A DNA stretch of 64,000 bases from Escherichia coli (GCF_003334335.1 NZ_QOWQ01000016.1), one strand, 5' to 3'. Positions 10,566-22,764 are shown, counted from the stretch's first letter. Numbers and translations are program-made. The notes: a model not told the origin generated them from the letters alone.

Positions 10566-11575
10566 AACAGTTCCTCCACCGGTTTAAAGCAAGCACGCAG
10601 ACGGCCAGGCGTAAACTCTTCCAGCGGCGGTGCGCTACTACAAATTTCCATCGCATGCGGACAACGTGGCTGGAACGGGCAACCTTTCGGTAATCGCAGC
10701 AGGTTTGGCGGATTACCCGGGATGGTCAACATTGTTTCACCTTCCGCATCGAGACGCGGCACCGCGTTGAGCAAACCGATAGAATAAGGATGAACGGGTT
10801 GATAAAAGACATCGCGCGCGTTGCCATATTCCATCGTGCGCCCGGCGTACATTACCAGCACTTTGTCGCAGATCCCCGCCACCACGCCAAGATCGTGGGT
10901 GATCATAATGATGGCGGTATTAAATTCCCGCTTCAGTTCATTTAATAGCGTCATGATCTGCGCCTGTACGGTGACGTCCAGCGCAGTTGTTGGTTCATCC
11001 GCAATCAGCAGCTTAGGTCGACATAACAAGGCCATCGCAATCATGACTCGCTGACGCATGCCGCCAGAAAATTCGTGCGGGTACATTTTCATGCGTTTAC
11101 GCGCTTCCGGCATTTTTACCGCATCGAGCATCCGCACCGACTCTTCAAACGCCTCAGCTTTGCTCATGTTCTTATGCAGCATCAGCACTTCCATCAACTG
11201 CTCACCGACGCGCATATAGGGATTCAACGAAGTCATTGGGTCCTGAAAAATCATTGAGATTTGTTCAGCGCGCAGTTTATTGAGTTCATGCTCTGGCAAA
11301 TTGAGGATTTCACGCCCATTGAAGGTTGCCGATCCGCCAATACGTCCGTTGGCAGCCAACAGGCCCATCAACGCAAATGCAGTTTGCGATTTACCCGAAC
11401 CAGACTCACCTACAATACCCAGCGTTTCTCCGGCACGTAGGGAAAAATTCAAATCATTGACCGCCGTGACGTCGCCGTCCGGGGTACTAAAGGTGACACG
11501 CAAATCTTTCACGTTCAGCAGTGCGTCAGCCTGTTGTTGTGCGAGCGGCACAGTTGCAGTTTCAATTACGCTCAT
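10562..11575 (-). CDS. oppD: Oligopeptide ABC transporter ATP-binding protein OppD
   Basis: 337 aa; Walker A GESGSGKSQ; stop overlaps the oppF start (ATGA). Confidence 0.95.
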   Translation of the reverse strand: MSVIETATVPLAQQQADALLNVKDLRVTFSTPDGDVTAVNDLNFSLRAGETLGIVGESGSGKSQTAFALMGLLAANGRIGGSATFNGREILNLPEHELNKLRAEQISMIFQDPMTSLNPYMRVGEQLMEVLMLHKNMSKAEAFEESVRMLDAVKMPEARKRMKMYPHEFSGGMRQRVMIAMALLCRPKLLIADEPTTALDVTVQAQIMTLLNELKREFNTAIIMITHDLGVVAGICDKVLVMYAGRTMEYGNARDVFYQPVHPYSIGLLNAVPRLDAEGETMLTIPGNPPNLLRLPKGCPFQPRCPHAMEICSSAPPLEEFTPGRLRACFKPVEELL

Positions 11576-11586
11576 GGCTGCACTCC

Positions 11587-12495
11587 TTAACGATCTTTCG
11601 GGTCGAGGGCATCACGCAAGCCATCGCCGATAAAGTTGAAACAAAACAGCGTCACCACGAGGAATCCCGCTGGGAACAACAATAACCATGGAGAGACTTC
11701 CATCGATTTCGCGCCATCACTCAGCAATGCACCCCAGCTGCTTAACGGCTCTTGCGTACCCAACCCCAGGAAGCTAAGGAAAGATTCAAAGAGGATCATG
11801 CTGGGCACCAGAAGTGATGCGTAGACCACCACCACACCGAGTACATTCGGCACAATGTGGCGAATAACAATGCCCGATGTCGATACACCGCCAACTTGTG
11901 CCGCCTCAATAAACTCTTTGCGCTTCAGACTCAGGGTTTGCCCACGCACAATACGAGCCATATCCAGCCAGGAAACCATGCCTATCGCCACGAAAATCAG
12001 CAGGATGTTTTGACCGAAAAAGGTCACCAGCAAAATGACGAAGAACATGAATGGGAAGGAGTTGAGGATTTCCAGCAGACGCATCATTACCGAATCCACT
12101 TTACCGCCCAGATAACCGGAAAGCGAACCATAAAGTGTCCCGACGACCACAGCCACCAGTGCCGCAGCAACACCGACCATGAGTGAGATACGCCCGCCAA
12201 TCGCAACGCGCACAAGCAGGTCGCGACCGGATGAGTCAGTACCAAAGTAGTGACCGGACTCCATATCCGGGGCGCTGGACATCATCGCCCAGTCAGTATC
12301 GTCATAGGCAAACTGGGAAAGCATCGGTGCCAGGATTACAAATAACGCGATCAGCACCAGCACTATCAGACTGGCAACCGCCGCACGGTTATGCATAAAA
12401 CGTCGACGTGCGTCCTGCCACAAGCTGCGCCCTTCGACCTCCAGCTTTTCACTGAAATTTTCCAGCGTCTCGCTGTTTTTCTTACTTAACATCAT
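11587..12495 (-). CDS. oppC: Oligopeptide ABC transporter permease OppC
   Basis: 302 aa polytopic membrane protein of the binding-protein-dependent permease family; synteny. Confidence 0.95.
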   Translation of the reverse strand: MMLSKKNSETLENFSEKLEVEGRSLWQDARRRFMHNRAAVASLIVLVLIALFVILAPMLSQFAYDDTDWAMMSSAPDMESGHYFGTDSSGRDLLVRVAIGGRISLMVGVAAALVAVVVGTLYGSLSGYLGGKVDSVMMRLLEILNSFPFMFFVILLVTFFGQNILLIFVAIGMVSWLDMARIVRGQTLSLKRKEFIEAAQVGGVSTSGIVIRHIVPNVLGVVVVYASLLVPSMILFESFLSFLGLGTQEPLSSWGALLSDGAKSMEVSPWLLLFPAGFLVVTLFCFNFIGDGLRDALDPKDR

Positions 12496-12509
12496 CGCGA
12501 GCTCCAGTA

Positions 12510-13430
12510 TCAGTAACGGATTTTCGGGTCGATAACCGCATATAGCACATCGACAATGGCATTAAACAAAATGGTTAAAGCACCAACCAGGATGGTCAGG
12601 CTTAACACTAAGGAATAGTCACGGTTCAATGCGCCATTAACGAACAGTTGTCCAATCCCCGGCAAACCATAAATGGTTTCGATAACCATAGAACCGGTAA
12701 TAATGCCGACAAATGCGGGGCCCATATAAGAGAGCACGGGTAACAGAGCAGGTTTTAATGCGTGACGTAAAATGATCCGCCGCATAGGTAACCCTTTCGC
12801 CCGGGCAGTACGAATAAAATTGGAGTGTAATACTTCAATCATAGAGCCACGGGTAATACGCGCAATACTGGCGATATAAGCGAGTGACAACGCCACCATC
12901 GGCAATATCATGAATTTAAGCGCCCCACCATTCCAGCCACCGCCCGGCAGCCAATGCAAAATGATCGCAAATATCATGACTAATAATGGTGCAACCACAA
13001 AACTGGGGATAACAACCCCGGTCATTGCCAGCCCCATCACGGTATAGTCCCATTTGGTGTTTTGTTTTAATGCGGCAATAACGCCAGCACTAACACCCAG
13101 TATTACCGCAAGGAAAAATGCTGCGGCTCCCAGTTTGGCAGAAACGGGAAAACTGGATGCAACCAAGTCATTGACCGAATAATCTTTATATTTAAACGAT
13201 GGACCGAAATCACCGTGCGCCAGTTGTTTCAGGTAGCTGAAATACTGTGTCATGATCGGATCATTAAGATGATATTTCGCTTCGATATTGGCCATCACTT
13301 CTGGCGGTAAAGTACGTTCGCCGGTAAAAGGGCTTCCCGGCGCGAGGCGCATCATAAAGAACGAAATAGTAATAAGAATAAATAGCGTCGGAATCGCTTC
13401 CAGACAGCGACGTAGAATAAATTTTAACAT
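12510..13430 (-). CDS. oppB: Oligopeptide ABC transporter permease OppB
   Basis: 306 aa permease starting MLKFILRRCLEAIPTLF; synteny. Confidence 0.95.
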   Translation of the reverse strand: MLKFILRRCLEAIPTLFILITISFFMMRLAPGSPFTGERTLPPEVMANIEAKYHLNDPIMTQYFSYLKQLAHGDFGPSFKYKDYSVNDLVASSFPVSAKLGAAAFFLAVILGVSAGVIAALKQNTKWDYTVMGLAMTGVVIPSFVVAPLLVMIFAIILHWLPGGGWNGGALKFMILPMVALSLAYIASIARITRGSMIEVLHSNFIRTARAKGLPMRRIILRHALKPALLPVLSYMGPAFVGIITGSMVIETIYGLPGIGQLFVNGALNRDYSLVLSLTILVGALTILFNAIVDVLYAVIDPKIRY

Positions 13431-13515
13431 TGCCCTACCTTCTGGCCTGTGCCTTCTGTAATGCGATAAAAATCAGACACCGTGGAGCAGGACACTCCTG
13501 CCCCACGTATTGCCA

Positions 13516-15147
13516 TTAGTGCTTCACAATGTACATATTCCGGGTATAGGTATTATCCAGCGGATCTTTGCCGGTATAGCCACCAACCCACGGTTTCACC
13601 AGACGCGCATTCACGTAGTAATAAACAGGAACAATGGCCGAATCCTTATCCAGCTGTTGTTCTGCTTTAGTGTACAGAGCTGTGCGCTGCGCCTCGTCAG
13701 TCACTTTCAGCGTTTCCGCCATAATGCTGTCAAAGGCCGGGCTCTTATAATGCGCGGTATTCATCGAGCTGTTCGAAAGCATGGTGTTCAGGAAGGAAGT
13801 TGGTTCGTTGTAGTCAGCACACCAGCCTGCACGGGCCACATCAAAAGTACCCTGGTGACGGGTGTCGAGGAACGTTTTCCACTCCTGGTTAACCAGTTTG
13901 ACGTTTACACCAATGTTTTTCTTCCACAATGAAGAGGCAGCAATCGCCAGCTTTTTATGCAGATCGGAGGTGTTATACAACAGGTTGATGGTCAACGGTT
14001 TGTCTGCGGTATAACCCGCTTCAGCCAGCAGTTTTTTCGCTTCTTCGTTACGTTTTTCCTGGCTCCAGCCAAACCATTCTGGCTGAGTCAATTTTGCGCC
14101 ATCAGTATACGGTGGAGTGTAACCATAGGCGGGCATGTCGCCCTGCGCTTTCACTTTATTAACAATGATATCGCGGTCCATACCTAGTTTCAGTGCGGTA
14201 CGCACACGCACATCGTTGAATGGCGGTTTCTGGTTGTTAATTTCGTAATAGTAAGTGCACAGGTATGGATCAACGTGAACTTCGTCCGGGATCTCTTTTT
14301 TCAGCTTCTGGAACAATTCGATCGGCATGTTGTTATACGTCATGTCGATTTCACCACTACGGTAGCGGTTGACATCGGTAACTTCAGAAGCAATAGGCAA
14401 ATAGGTTACCTGGTTAATAACGGTTTTCGCGTTGTTCCAGTAGGTCGGGCTGCGTTCAAGAACGATTCGTTCGTTTACGACCCAATCTTTTAAGGTATAG
14501 GCACCGTTGGTGACGATATTACCAGGCTGGGTCCATTTTTCGCCGAATTTCTCGATAGCGGCTTTTGGCACCGGTGAAGTTGATGGGTGAACAAGTAATT
14601 TATAGAAGTACGGAACGGGTTCACTTAAGGTGACTTCTAATGTGTGATCATCAATAGCTTTCACGCCGAGATCGGTAATCGGTTTTTTCCCTTCAAGAAT
14701 TTCATCAATACCGGCGATATGCCCATATTGCAGATAACTGGCATACGGAGAAGCAGTGTTCGGATCAACAGAACGTTGCCAGCTATACACAAAGTCTTGT
14801 GCTGTGACTGGCGTGCCATCAGACCATTTCGCATCTTTACGCAAATGGAAGGTCCAGACTTTCGCGTCTTTATTATCCCAGGATTCAGCGACGCCAGGTG
14901 CTGGATGACCGTCAAGATCGCTGACCAGTAAGCCTTCAAACAGGTCTCGGCTGATATTAGACTCCGGAACACCTTCAATTTTGTGCGGATCTAATGACTG
15001 AACTTCTGAACCATTGTTACGTACCAGTGTTTGTTTTTCCGCCAGTGTGACGCCTGCGGGTACATCAGCTGCCAGCGCGACATTCCCTGCCATTAGCGCA
15101 GCCAGAACGCCAGCTGCTACTAAACTTCTCTTGGTGATGTTGGTCAT
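13516..15147 (-). CDS. oppA: Periplasmic oligopeptide-binding protein OppA
   Basis: 543 aa from MTNITKRSLVAAGVLAALMAGNVALA (signal peptide); ORF-track start at 15219 is an extension. Confidence 0.95.
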   Translation of the reverse strand: MTNITKRSLVAAGVLAALMAGNVALAADVPAGVTLAEKQTLVRNNGSEVQSLDPHKIEGVPESNISRDLFEGLLVSDLDGHPAPGVAESWDNKDAKVWTFHLRKDAKWSDGTPVTAQDFVYSWQRSVDPNTASPYASYLQYGHIAGIDEILEGKKPITDLGVKAIDDHTLEVTLSEPVPYFYKLLVHPSTSPVPKAAIEKFGEKWTQPGNIVTNGAYTLKDWVVNERIVLERSPTYWNNAKTVINQVTYLPIASEVTDVNRYRSGEIDMTYNNMPIELFQKLKKEIPDEVHVDPYLCTYYYEINNQKPPFNDVRVRTALKLGMDRDIIVNKVKAQGDMPAYGYTPPYTDGAKLTQPEWFGWSQEKRNEEAKKLLAEAGYTADKPLTINLLYNTSDLHKKLAIAASSLWKKNIGVNVKLVNQEWKTFLDTRHQGTFDVARAGWCADYNEPTSFLNTMLSNSSMNTAHYKSPAFDSIMAETLKVTDEAQRTALYTKAEQQLDKDSAIVPVYYYVNARLVKPWVGGYTGKDPLDNTYTRNMYIVKH

Positions 15148-15884
15148 TGTTTTTTGGACTCCCTCATTATAATTACTGGTATTAACCAGCATGTGTAATC
15201 CCGGATTGGGACCCTGCACAGGCTCGGAGACTTTCTGCTGTCAGGTTACTTTATCGTTACGTATTACTATCACCGACTTTATTTATTCTGGTGATTCAGA
15301 CGATCACCTTATGTCGATTCGTACTGTGTCTCCCCTGTCGAGACACATTATTCTTTCGCGACGCTCTTTAATTGTTAATTATTCTCATTACCAATAAAGA
15401 ATCGTCTGGCGGTTGCCCGGAAAGTACCAAATGCGGTTCTTACTCGCCAATACATTTTGCAAAATTGTTAAGCAATTCTCTTTTATTGACCGTATCAGAA
15501 TCTATAGCTTGCATCCATGCCTTAACAAACATCTTTCAATTCAATCCAATAGAGATTGGCTAAGCATGTCTATCTTTTCTGATTACAGTTCCAGTAGTGA
15601 AATGCACAATAATTTAACAATTGATTATTATTTAGCACTTTCCTCTACCAAAGGCAGTGGAATTACTAATATCATTTCAATTATTCTTCAGCAAGCCCAG
15701 GATTATGATGTGGCGAAAATAACATGATGGTGAGGAGAAGCAGTTAAGGAAATCCTTATAACTAACTGTAATTTGAGAAGAATATTTTTACCTATTCCTT
15801 TTGCTTTTGATAACTGCGCGGGAACAAAGTAAAAATAATGACGAAGTAAACGGAGCATGGCAGCTCCGTTTCATTTGAAAGGAA

Positions 15885-16532
15885 TTAATTAAGCAGGCCG
15901 GGGAAAATCCCCTTAATACCAGTAACGATAAATTCAATCCCCAATGCCATCAGCAATAGCCCCATAATACGCGTAATCACGTTGATGCCGGTCTGGCGTA
16001 AAACCCGTACCAGCCACGGTGCCATGCGGAACAATCCCCAACAACATAAAGCGAACAATGCAATAGCCACAAAGAAACCAAACAGATAGCTAATGCTGTG
16101 ATAACGCGTACCCCAGACGATGGTAGAACTGATCGCCCCTGGCCCCGCCATCAACGGCAACGCCAGTGGCACCACACCAATGCTTTCACGTACCGCGGTT
16201 TCTGATTTTTCTTGCTTGTTCTGTTTATCCTCGCCAAGCTTGCCGCTGATCATCGACATCGCTATTGTCACCACCAGGATACCCCCGGCGATACGGAACG
16301 AATCAATTGATATACCAAAAAGTTGTAGAATCGTGTCGCCGAGAAAAAGCGAGATCCACAAGATAATGGCCACAGACAGGTTGGCTGTAAGGTTAGTTTT
16401 GTTTCGCGCTGCCGCTGTCTGATAACTGGTCATGCTGATAAAGACGGGAATAATCCCTACCGGGTTGACCAGCGCAAATAACCCGATGAAAAATTTGAAG
16501 TAAACGGGAAAATCAAAAAAGGTCTGAATCAC
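15885..16532 (-). CDS. ychE: UPF0056 (MarC-family) inner membrane protein YchE
   Basis: 215 aa hydrophobic protein starting MIQTFFDFPVYFKFF; synteny between oppA and adhE. Confidence 0.9.
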   Translation of the reverse strand: MIQTFFDFPVYFKFFIGLFALVNPVGIIPVFISMTSYQTAAARNKTNLTANLSVAIILWISLFLGDTILQLFGISIDSFRIAGGILVVTIAMSMISGKLGEDKQNKQEKSETAVRESIGVVPLALPLMAGPGAISSTIVWGTRYHSISYLFGFFVAIALFALCCWGLFRMAPWLVRVLRQTGINVITRIMGLLLMALGIEFIVTGIKGIFPGLLN

Positions 16533-17008
16533 GGTTAGCTCCGAAGCAAAAGCCGGATAATGTTAGCCATAAATAAGGTTGAAAAGACGCGCTGACAATA
16601 CGCCTTTTGACAGCATTTTTCACCTCCTAACTACTTAAAATTGCTATCATTCGTTATTGTTATCTAGTTGTGCAAAACATGCTAATGTAGCCACCAAATC
16701 ATACTACAATTTATTAACTGTTAGCTATAATGGCGAAAAGCGATGCTGAAAGGTGTCAGCTTTGCAAAAATTTGATTTGGATCACGTAATCAGTACCCAG
16801 AAGTGAGTAATCTTGCTTACGCCACCTGGAAGTGACGCATTAGAGATAATAACTCTAATGTTTAAACTCTTTTAGTAAATCACAGTGAGTGTGAGCGCGA
16901 GTAAGCTTTTGATTTTCATAGGTTAAGCAAATCATCACCGCACTGACTATACTCTCGTATTCGAGCAGATGATTTACTAAAAAAGTTTAACATTATCAGG
17001 AGAGCATT

Positions 17009-19684
17009 ATGGCTGTTACTAATGTCGCTGAACTTAACGCACTCGTAGAGCGTGTAAAAAAAGCCCAGCGTGAATATGCCAGTTTCACTCAAGAGCAAGT
17101 AGACAAAATCTTCCGCGCCGCCGCTCTGGCTGCTGCAGATGCTCGAATCCCACTCGCGAAAATGGCCGTTGCCGAATCCGGCATGGGTATCGTCGAAGAT
17201 AAAGTGATCAAAAACCACTTTGCTTCTGAATATATCTACAACGCCTATAAAGATGAAAAAACCTGTGGTGTTCTGTCTGAAGACGACACTTTTGGTACCA
17301 TCACTATCGCTGAACCAATCGGTATTATTTGCGGTATCGTTCCGACCACTAACCCGACTTCAACTGCTATCTTCAAATCGCTGATCAGTCTGAAGACCCG
17401 TAACGCCATTATCTTCTCCCCGCACCCGCGTGCAAAAGATGCCACCAACAAAGCGGCTGATATCGTTCTGCAGGCTGCTATCGCTGCCGGTGCTCCGAAA
17501 GATCTGATCGGCTGGATCGATCAACCTTCTGTTGAACTGTCTAACGCACTGATGCACCACCCAGACATCAACCTGATCCTCGCGACTGGTGGTCCGGGCA
17601 TGGTTAAAGCCGCATACAGCTCCGGTAAACCAGCTATCGGTGTAGGCGCGGGCAACACTCCAGTTGTTATCGATGAAACTGCTGATATCAAACGTGCAGT
17701 TGCATCTGTACTGATGTCCAAAACCTTCGACAACGGCGTAATCTGTGCTTCTGAACAGTCTGTTGTTGTTGTTGACTCTGTTTATGACGCTGTACGTGAA
17801 CGTTTTGCAACCCACGGCGGCTATCTGTTGCAGGGTAAAGAGCTGAAAGCTGTTCAGGATGTTATCCTGAAAAACGGTGCGCTGAACGCGGCTATCGTTG
17901 GTCAGCCAGCCTATAAAATTGCTGAACTGGCAGGCTTCTCTGTACCAGAAAACACCAAGATTCTGATCGGTGAAGTGACCGTTGTTGATGAAAGCGAACC
18001 GTTCGCACATGAAAAACTGTCCCCGACTCTGGCAATGTACCGCGCTAAAGATTTCGAAGACGCGGTAGAAAAAGCAGAGAAACTGGTTGCTATGGGCGGT
18101 ATCGGTCATACCTCTTGCCTGTACACTGACCAGGATAACCAACCGGCTCGCGTTTCTTACTTCGGTCAGAAAATGAAAACGGCGCGTATCCTGATTAACA
18201 CCCCAGCGTCTCAGGGTGGTATCGGTGACCTGTATAACTTCAAACTCGCACCTTCCCTGACTCTGGGTTGTGGTTCTTGGGGTGGTAACTCCATCTCTGA
18301 AAACGTTGGTCCGAAACACCTGATCAACAAGAAAACCGTTGCTAAGCGAGCTGAAAACATGTTGTGGCACAAACTTCCGAAATCTATCTACTTCCGCCGT
18401 GGCTCCCTGCCAATCGCGCTGGATGAAGTGATTACTGATGGCCACAAACGTGCGCTCATCGTGACTGACCGCTTCCTGTTCAACAATGGTTATGCTGATC
18501 AGATCACTTCCGTACTGAAAGCAGCAGGCGTTGAAACTGAAGTCTTCTTCGAAGTAGAAGCGGACCCGACCCTGAGCATCGTTCGTAAAGGTGCAGAACT
18601 GGCAAACTCCTTCAAACCAGACGTGATTATCGCGCTGGGTGGTGGTTCCCCGATGGACGCCGCGAAGATCATGTGGGTTATGTACGAACATCCGGAAACT
18701 CACTTCGAAGAGCTGGCGCTGCGCTTTATGGATATCCGTAAACGTATCTACAAGTTCCCGAAAATGGGCGTGAAAGCGAAAATGATCGCTGTCACCACCA
18801 CTTCTGGTACAGGTTCTGAAGTCACTCCGTTTGCGGTTGTAACTGACGACGCTACTGGTCAGAAATATCCGCTGGCAGACTATGCGCTGACTCCGGATAT
18901 GGCGATTGTCGACGCCAACCTGGTTATGGACATGCCGAAGTCCCTGTGTGCTTTCGGTGGTCTGGACGCAGTAACTCACGCCATGGAAGCTTATGTTTCT
19001 GTACTGGCATCTGAGTTCTCTGATGGTCAGGCTCTGCAGGCACTGAAACTGCTGAAAGAATATCTGCCAGCGTCCTACCACGAAGGGTCTAAAAATCCGG
19101 TAGCGCGTGAACGTGTTCACAGTGCAGCGACTATCGCGGGTATCGCGTTTGCGAACGCCTTCCTGGGTGTATGTCACTCAATGGCGCACAAACTGGGTTC
19201 CCAGTTCCATATTCCGCACGGTCTGGCAAACGCCCTGCTGATTTGTAACGTTATTCGCTACAATGCGAACGACAACCCGACCAAGCAGACTGCATTCAGC
19301 CAGTATGACCGTCCGCAGGCTCGCCGTCGTTATGCTGAAATTGCCGACCACTTGGGTCTGAGCGCACCGGGCGACCGTACTGCTGCTAAGATCGAGAAAC
19401 TGCTGGCATGGCTGGAAACGCTGAAAGCTGAACTGGGTATTCCGAAATCTATCCGTGAAGCTGGCGTTCAGGAAGCAGACTTCCTGGCGAACGTGGATAA
19501 ACTGTCTGAAGATGCATTCGATGACCAGTGCACCGGCGCTAACCCGCGTTACCCGCTGATCTCCGAGCTGAAACAGATTCTGCTGGATACCTACTACGGT
19601 CGTGATTATGTAGAAGGTGAAACTGCAGCGAAGAAAGAAGCTGCTCCGGCTAAAGCTGAGAAAAAAGCGAAAAAATCCGCTTAA
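17009..19684 (+). CDS. adhE: Bifunctional aldehyde/alcohol dehydrogenase AdhE
   Basis: 891 aa; N-terminal aldehyde dehydrogenase domain, C-terminal Fe-ADH domain; starts [26 protein letters not shown]. Confidence 0.97.
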
Positions 19685-19710
19685 TCAGTAGCGCTGTCTG
19701 GCAACATAAA

Positions 19711-20727
19711 CGGCCCCTTCTGGGCAATGCCGATCAGTTAAGGATTAGTTGACCGATCCTTAAACTGAGGCACTATAACGGCTTCCACAACAGGGAGCCG
19801 TTTTCTTATGCCACTTCTCAATGATCTGCTCGATTTCAGTGACCATCCGCTTATGCCTCCGCCCTCTGCACAACTATTTGCAGAACACCTTCCCACCGAG
19901 TGGATACAACACTGCCTGACGCTTTCTGCTCATGCGACCGTTCGCCGCCGTCGTTTACCGGGGGACATGGTTATCTGGATGGTGGTGCAATGAGCCAATT
20001 ACCGATGTTGTTCGCCGTCTGAACCTGAGCGCGGATGGCGAAGCGGGGATGAACCTGCTGGCCCGCAGCGCTGTCACCCAGGCGCGTCAGCGCGTGGGGG
20101 CCGCCCCAGTGGAATGGCTCTTCCGCCAGACCGCACAGACAGGGGCGCGGAACGTTACCTGAAGGATGACTGGCACGGCCTGCAACTTTTTGCCATTGAT
20201 GGCGCACAGTTCAGGACACCTGATAAACCCGAGCTGCGTGAATATTATGGGTCTGCCAACACATCCACTAAGCGGCAGAACGCCTACCCGGTTATGCGTC
20301 TGGTGGCCTTAATGAACCTGGGAAGTCACATTCTGCTGAATGCCGTGACCGCACCTTACCGGCAGAGCGAAACTGTGCTGGCCCACTCCATGCTCGCCAC
20401 CATCCCGGATAACTCTATTACGTTGTTTGATAAACTTTTTTACAGCGAAGACCTGCTGCTGACGCTGAACCAGAAGGGTTGTAACCGCCACTGGCTACTG
20501 CCTGCGTGGAAGAATATCGCATCAGAAATGATAGAGCTGGGAAACACGGCGTCACCAGGGACCATCCCGAAACGACTGGAGCATCTTCGGGGTGCTCTGG
20601 AAGTGGTGTTCATAACAAAACGCCCCCGACCATCAAGGCCGAGGTCGGTTAAGATATCAAAAACCCGTTATCCTGTGAAACATAGTGCCGCTCCTCTTAA
20701 GTGAACGGCATTGCCCTTCTGGGGCCG
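19711..20727 (+). mobile_element. Degenerate IS4-family-like insertion sequence remnant bounded by imperfect 21-bp inverted termini
   Basis: Termini CGGCCCCTTCTGGGCAATGCC (19711-19731) and GGCATTGCCCTTCTGGGGCCG (20707-20727) are inverted copies matching 17/21; they flank the frameshifted transposase reading frames. Confidence 0.5.
19808..20704 (+). pseudogene. insZ: Transposase pseudogene (frameshifted, truncated); corresponds to K-12 insZ/ychG
   Basis: Three consecutive reading frames (19808-19993, 19932-20162, 20114-20704) together encode transposase-like sequence; total length is too short for an intact transposase. Confidence 0.6.
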
Positions 20728-20985
20728 TATTTTTTGTTTACCCAAAGCAACTTTTCCATAAACCGACAGCATTAGCCTTCATCATATTTGCGACGATGTA
20801 TAACGCCTAAACACAGGGATATTGTACTTTACAGGTCACAAGTCAACGTCGGTGCTTAAGAGCCCTGTGAGGCGTATAGCGGCGTTAAAAAACTGCCGAG
20901 AAGGGTATATAGCCCGGAAGAAGTGCGTAAAACGAACTGACAGGATAAAAGTGCCCTGCTCACCCTGTCAGTAAAGAAATTCTTA

Positions 20986-21603
20986 TTAATCGTGGCGATG
21001 CCTTTCCTGAATAGCCGTTAATGAGTCGACTTGTAACGCCTCTTTATAGTGTTTACGGCATACAGAAACGTATCGTTCATTACCACCAATTACCACCTGC
21101 TCACCTTCGTTATAAGGTCTGCCTGCTTGATCAAGACGCAGCACCATGCTTGCTTTACGGCCACAAAAACAGATGGTTTTTAATTCAACCAGTTTGTCGG
21201 ACCATGCCAGTAAGTATTGGCTGCCAATAAATAATTCACCTCGAAAATCGGTACGTAAACCATAACAAAGTACGGGTATATCGAGTTGATCGACAACCTC
21301 CGATAATTCATATACTTGTTGTCTGGTTAAAAACTGGCATTCATCAACCAGTACGCAATGAATTGCCTGCTGTTCATGTTCCGCACGAATCTCATCAAAT
21401 AATGATGAATTTTGGTTAAATAATTTTGCAGGCGATGACAAACCTATACGCGAACTGACTTTCCCGGCACCAAAGCGATCATCAATTTCTGCCGTATATA
21501 CGACAGTGCGCATGCCGCGTTCCTGGTAATTGTATGAAGATTGCAACAATGCTGTAGACTTACCCGCATTCATTGCGGAATAGTAGAAATATAGCTGTGC
21601 CAT
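20986..21603 (-). CDS. tdk: Thymidine kinase
   Basis: 205 aa; Walker [10 protein letters not shown]; starts [20 protein letters not shown]. Confidence 0.95.
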   Translation of the reverse strand: MAQLYFYYSAMNAGKSTALLQSSYNYQERGMRTVVYTAEIDDRFGAGKVSSRIGLSSPAKLFNQNSSLFDEIRAEHEQQAIHCVLVDECQFLTRQQVYELSEVVDQLDIPVLCYGLRTDFRGELFIGSQYLLAWSDKLVELKTICFCGRKASMVLRLDQAGRPYNEGEQVVIGGNERYVSVCRKHYKEALQVDSLTAIQERHRHD

Positions 21604-22207
21604 CAGCCACAGGCCCTCAATGATATGAAATAAAGTTGGCTGGAGTTTATCATAATTCGTCAGTTTTTCAGCTCAACAGTATGCACAGAAGTGGGTATAT
21701 GCGTTCTCCCTTACGAAGCCTTGCATAATCCTTCTGAGCTATCATTACAACTGCCTCGCTTGTTATAAGCGGGTAAATGACTGCTGGTAACTATTCACAA
21801 TCTTTAACCTGTTGCGCAAGTAATAGCCCTCTGTTGACCTCCAGGAGATAGTGCAATACTAAGTCCATGCTCTTATTGCGACTGTTCTACTTTTCATCAT
21901 TCGCTTAATAGGGAATTCTCGTAAACACAACTAATACAGAAGACTGAAAGGTCGTCAGCCTACGATAATCTCCCCATAAAATGTGACATGAATCAGGAAG
22001 TTTTAACCTCACGTGCTGCGAAATCATCGGTGTAAATAGGGCTATATGCCGCGTCTTTTCTGGCTAATTTTATGAAAAGATATTTATTGGCGGCACAAAA
22101 TAAAGAACAATTTTGAATTCCTTACATTCCTGGCTATTGCACAACTGAATTTAAGGCTCTATTATTACCTCAACAAACCACCCCAATATAAGTTTGAGAT
22201 TACTACA

Positions 22208-22621
22208 ATGAGCGAAGCACTTAAAATTCTGAACAACATCCGTACTCTTCGTGCGCAGGCAAGAGAATGTACACTTGAAACGCTGGAAGAAATGCTGGAA
22301 AAATTAGAAGTTGTTGTTAACGAACGTCGCGAAGAAGAAAGCGCGGCTGCTGCTGAAGTTGAAGAGCGCACTCGTAAACTGCAGCAATATCGCGAAATGC
22401 TGATCGCTGACGGTATTGACCCGAACGAACTGCTGAATAGCCTTGCTGCCGTTAAATCTGGCACCAAAGCTAAACGTGCTCAGCGTCCGGCAAAATATAG
22501 CTACGTTGACGAAAACGGCGAAACTAAAACCTGGACTGGCCAAGGCCGTACTCCAGCTGTAATCAAAAAAGCAATGGATGAGCAAGGTAAATCCCTCGAC
22601 GATTTCCTGATCAAGCAATAA
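22208..22621 (+). CDS. hns: DNA-binding protein H-NS
   Basis: 137 aa, [37 protein letters not shown] ... TWTGQGRTP motif. Confidence 0.97.
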
Positions 22622-22645
22622 TCTTTTGTAGATTGCACTTGCTTA

Positions 22646-22672
22646 AAATCCCGCCAGCGGCGGGATTTTTTA
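22646..22672 (+). terminator. Rho-independent terminator of hns
   Basis: Hairpin AAATCCCGCCAGCGGCGGGATTT followed by TTTTT. Confidence 0.7.
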
Positions 22673-22710
22673 TTGTCCGGTTTAAGACAATTTAATAAGA
22701 ATAAGCTATA

Positions 22711-22742
22711 AAAAAACGGCGTCGATTGCTCAACGCCGTTTC
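22711..22742 (-). terminator. Candidate rho-independent terminator of galU
   Basis: Hairpin AACGGCGT...ACGCCGTT preceded on the plus strand by an A-run (a T-run on the galU strand). Confidence 0.5.
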
Positions 22743-22764
22743 GTGGATAACACCGATACGGATG

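Noticed and set aside
13516-15219. N-terminally extended ORF-track versions of oppA, and likewise tonB, hemA, prs, chaA, chaC, rssA, narL, kch, yciI, ychJ, yciU, dhaR
   Set aside because: The longest-ORF starts precede the conserved N-termini and signal peptides; shorter starts were chosen from known protein N-termini and RBS or overlap context.
15413-15727. 104-aa plus-strand ORF (and nested 53-aa ORF from ATG 15566) in the oppA upstream region
   Set aside because: Lies in the long AT-rich oppA leader/promoter region on the opposite strand; Ser/Ile-rich low-complexity translation and no RBS evidence.
17360-19177. 605-aa ORF on the minus strand inside adhE
   Set aside because: Fully antisense to the strongly supported adhE gene; composition is Arg/Val/Phe-rich without domain-like features. 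Treated as a chance open frame.
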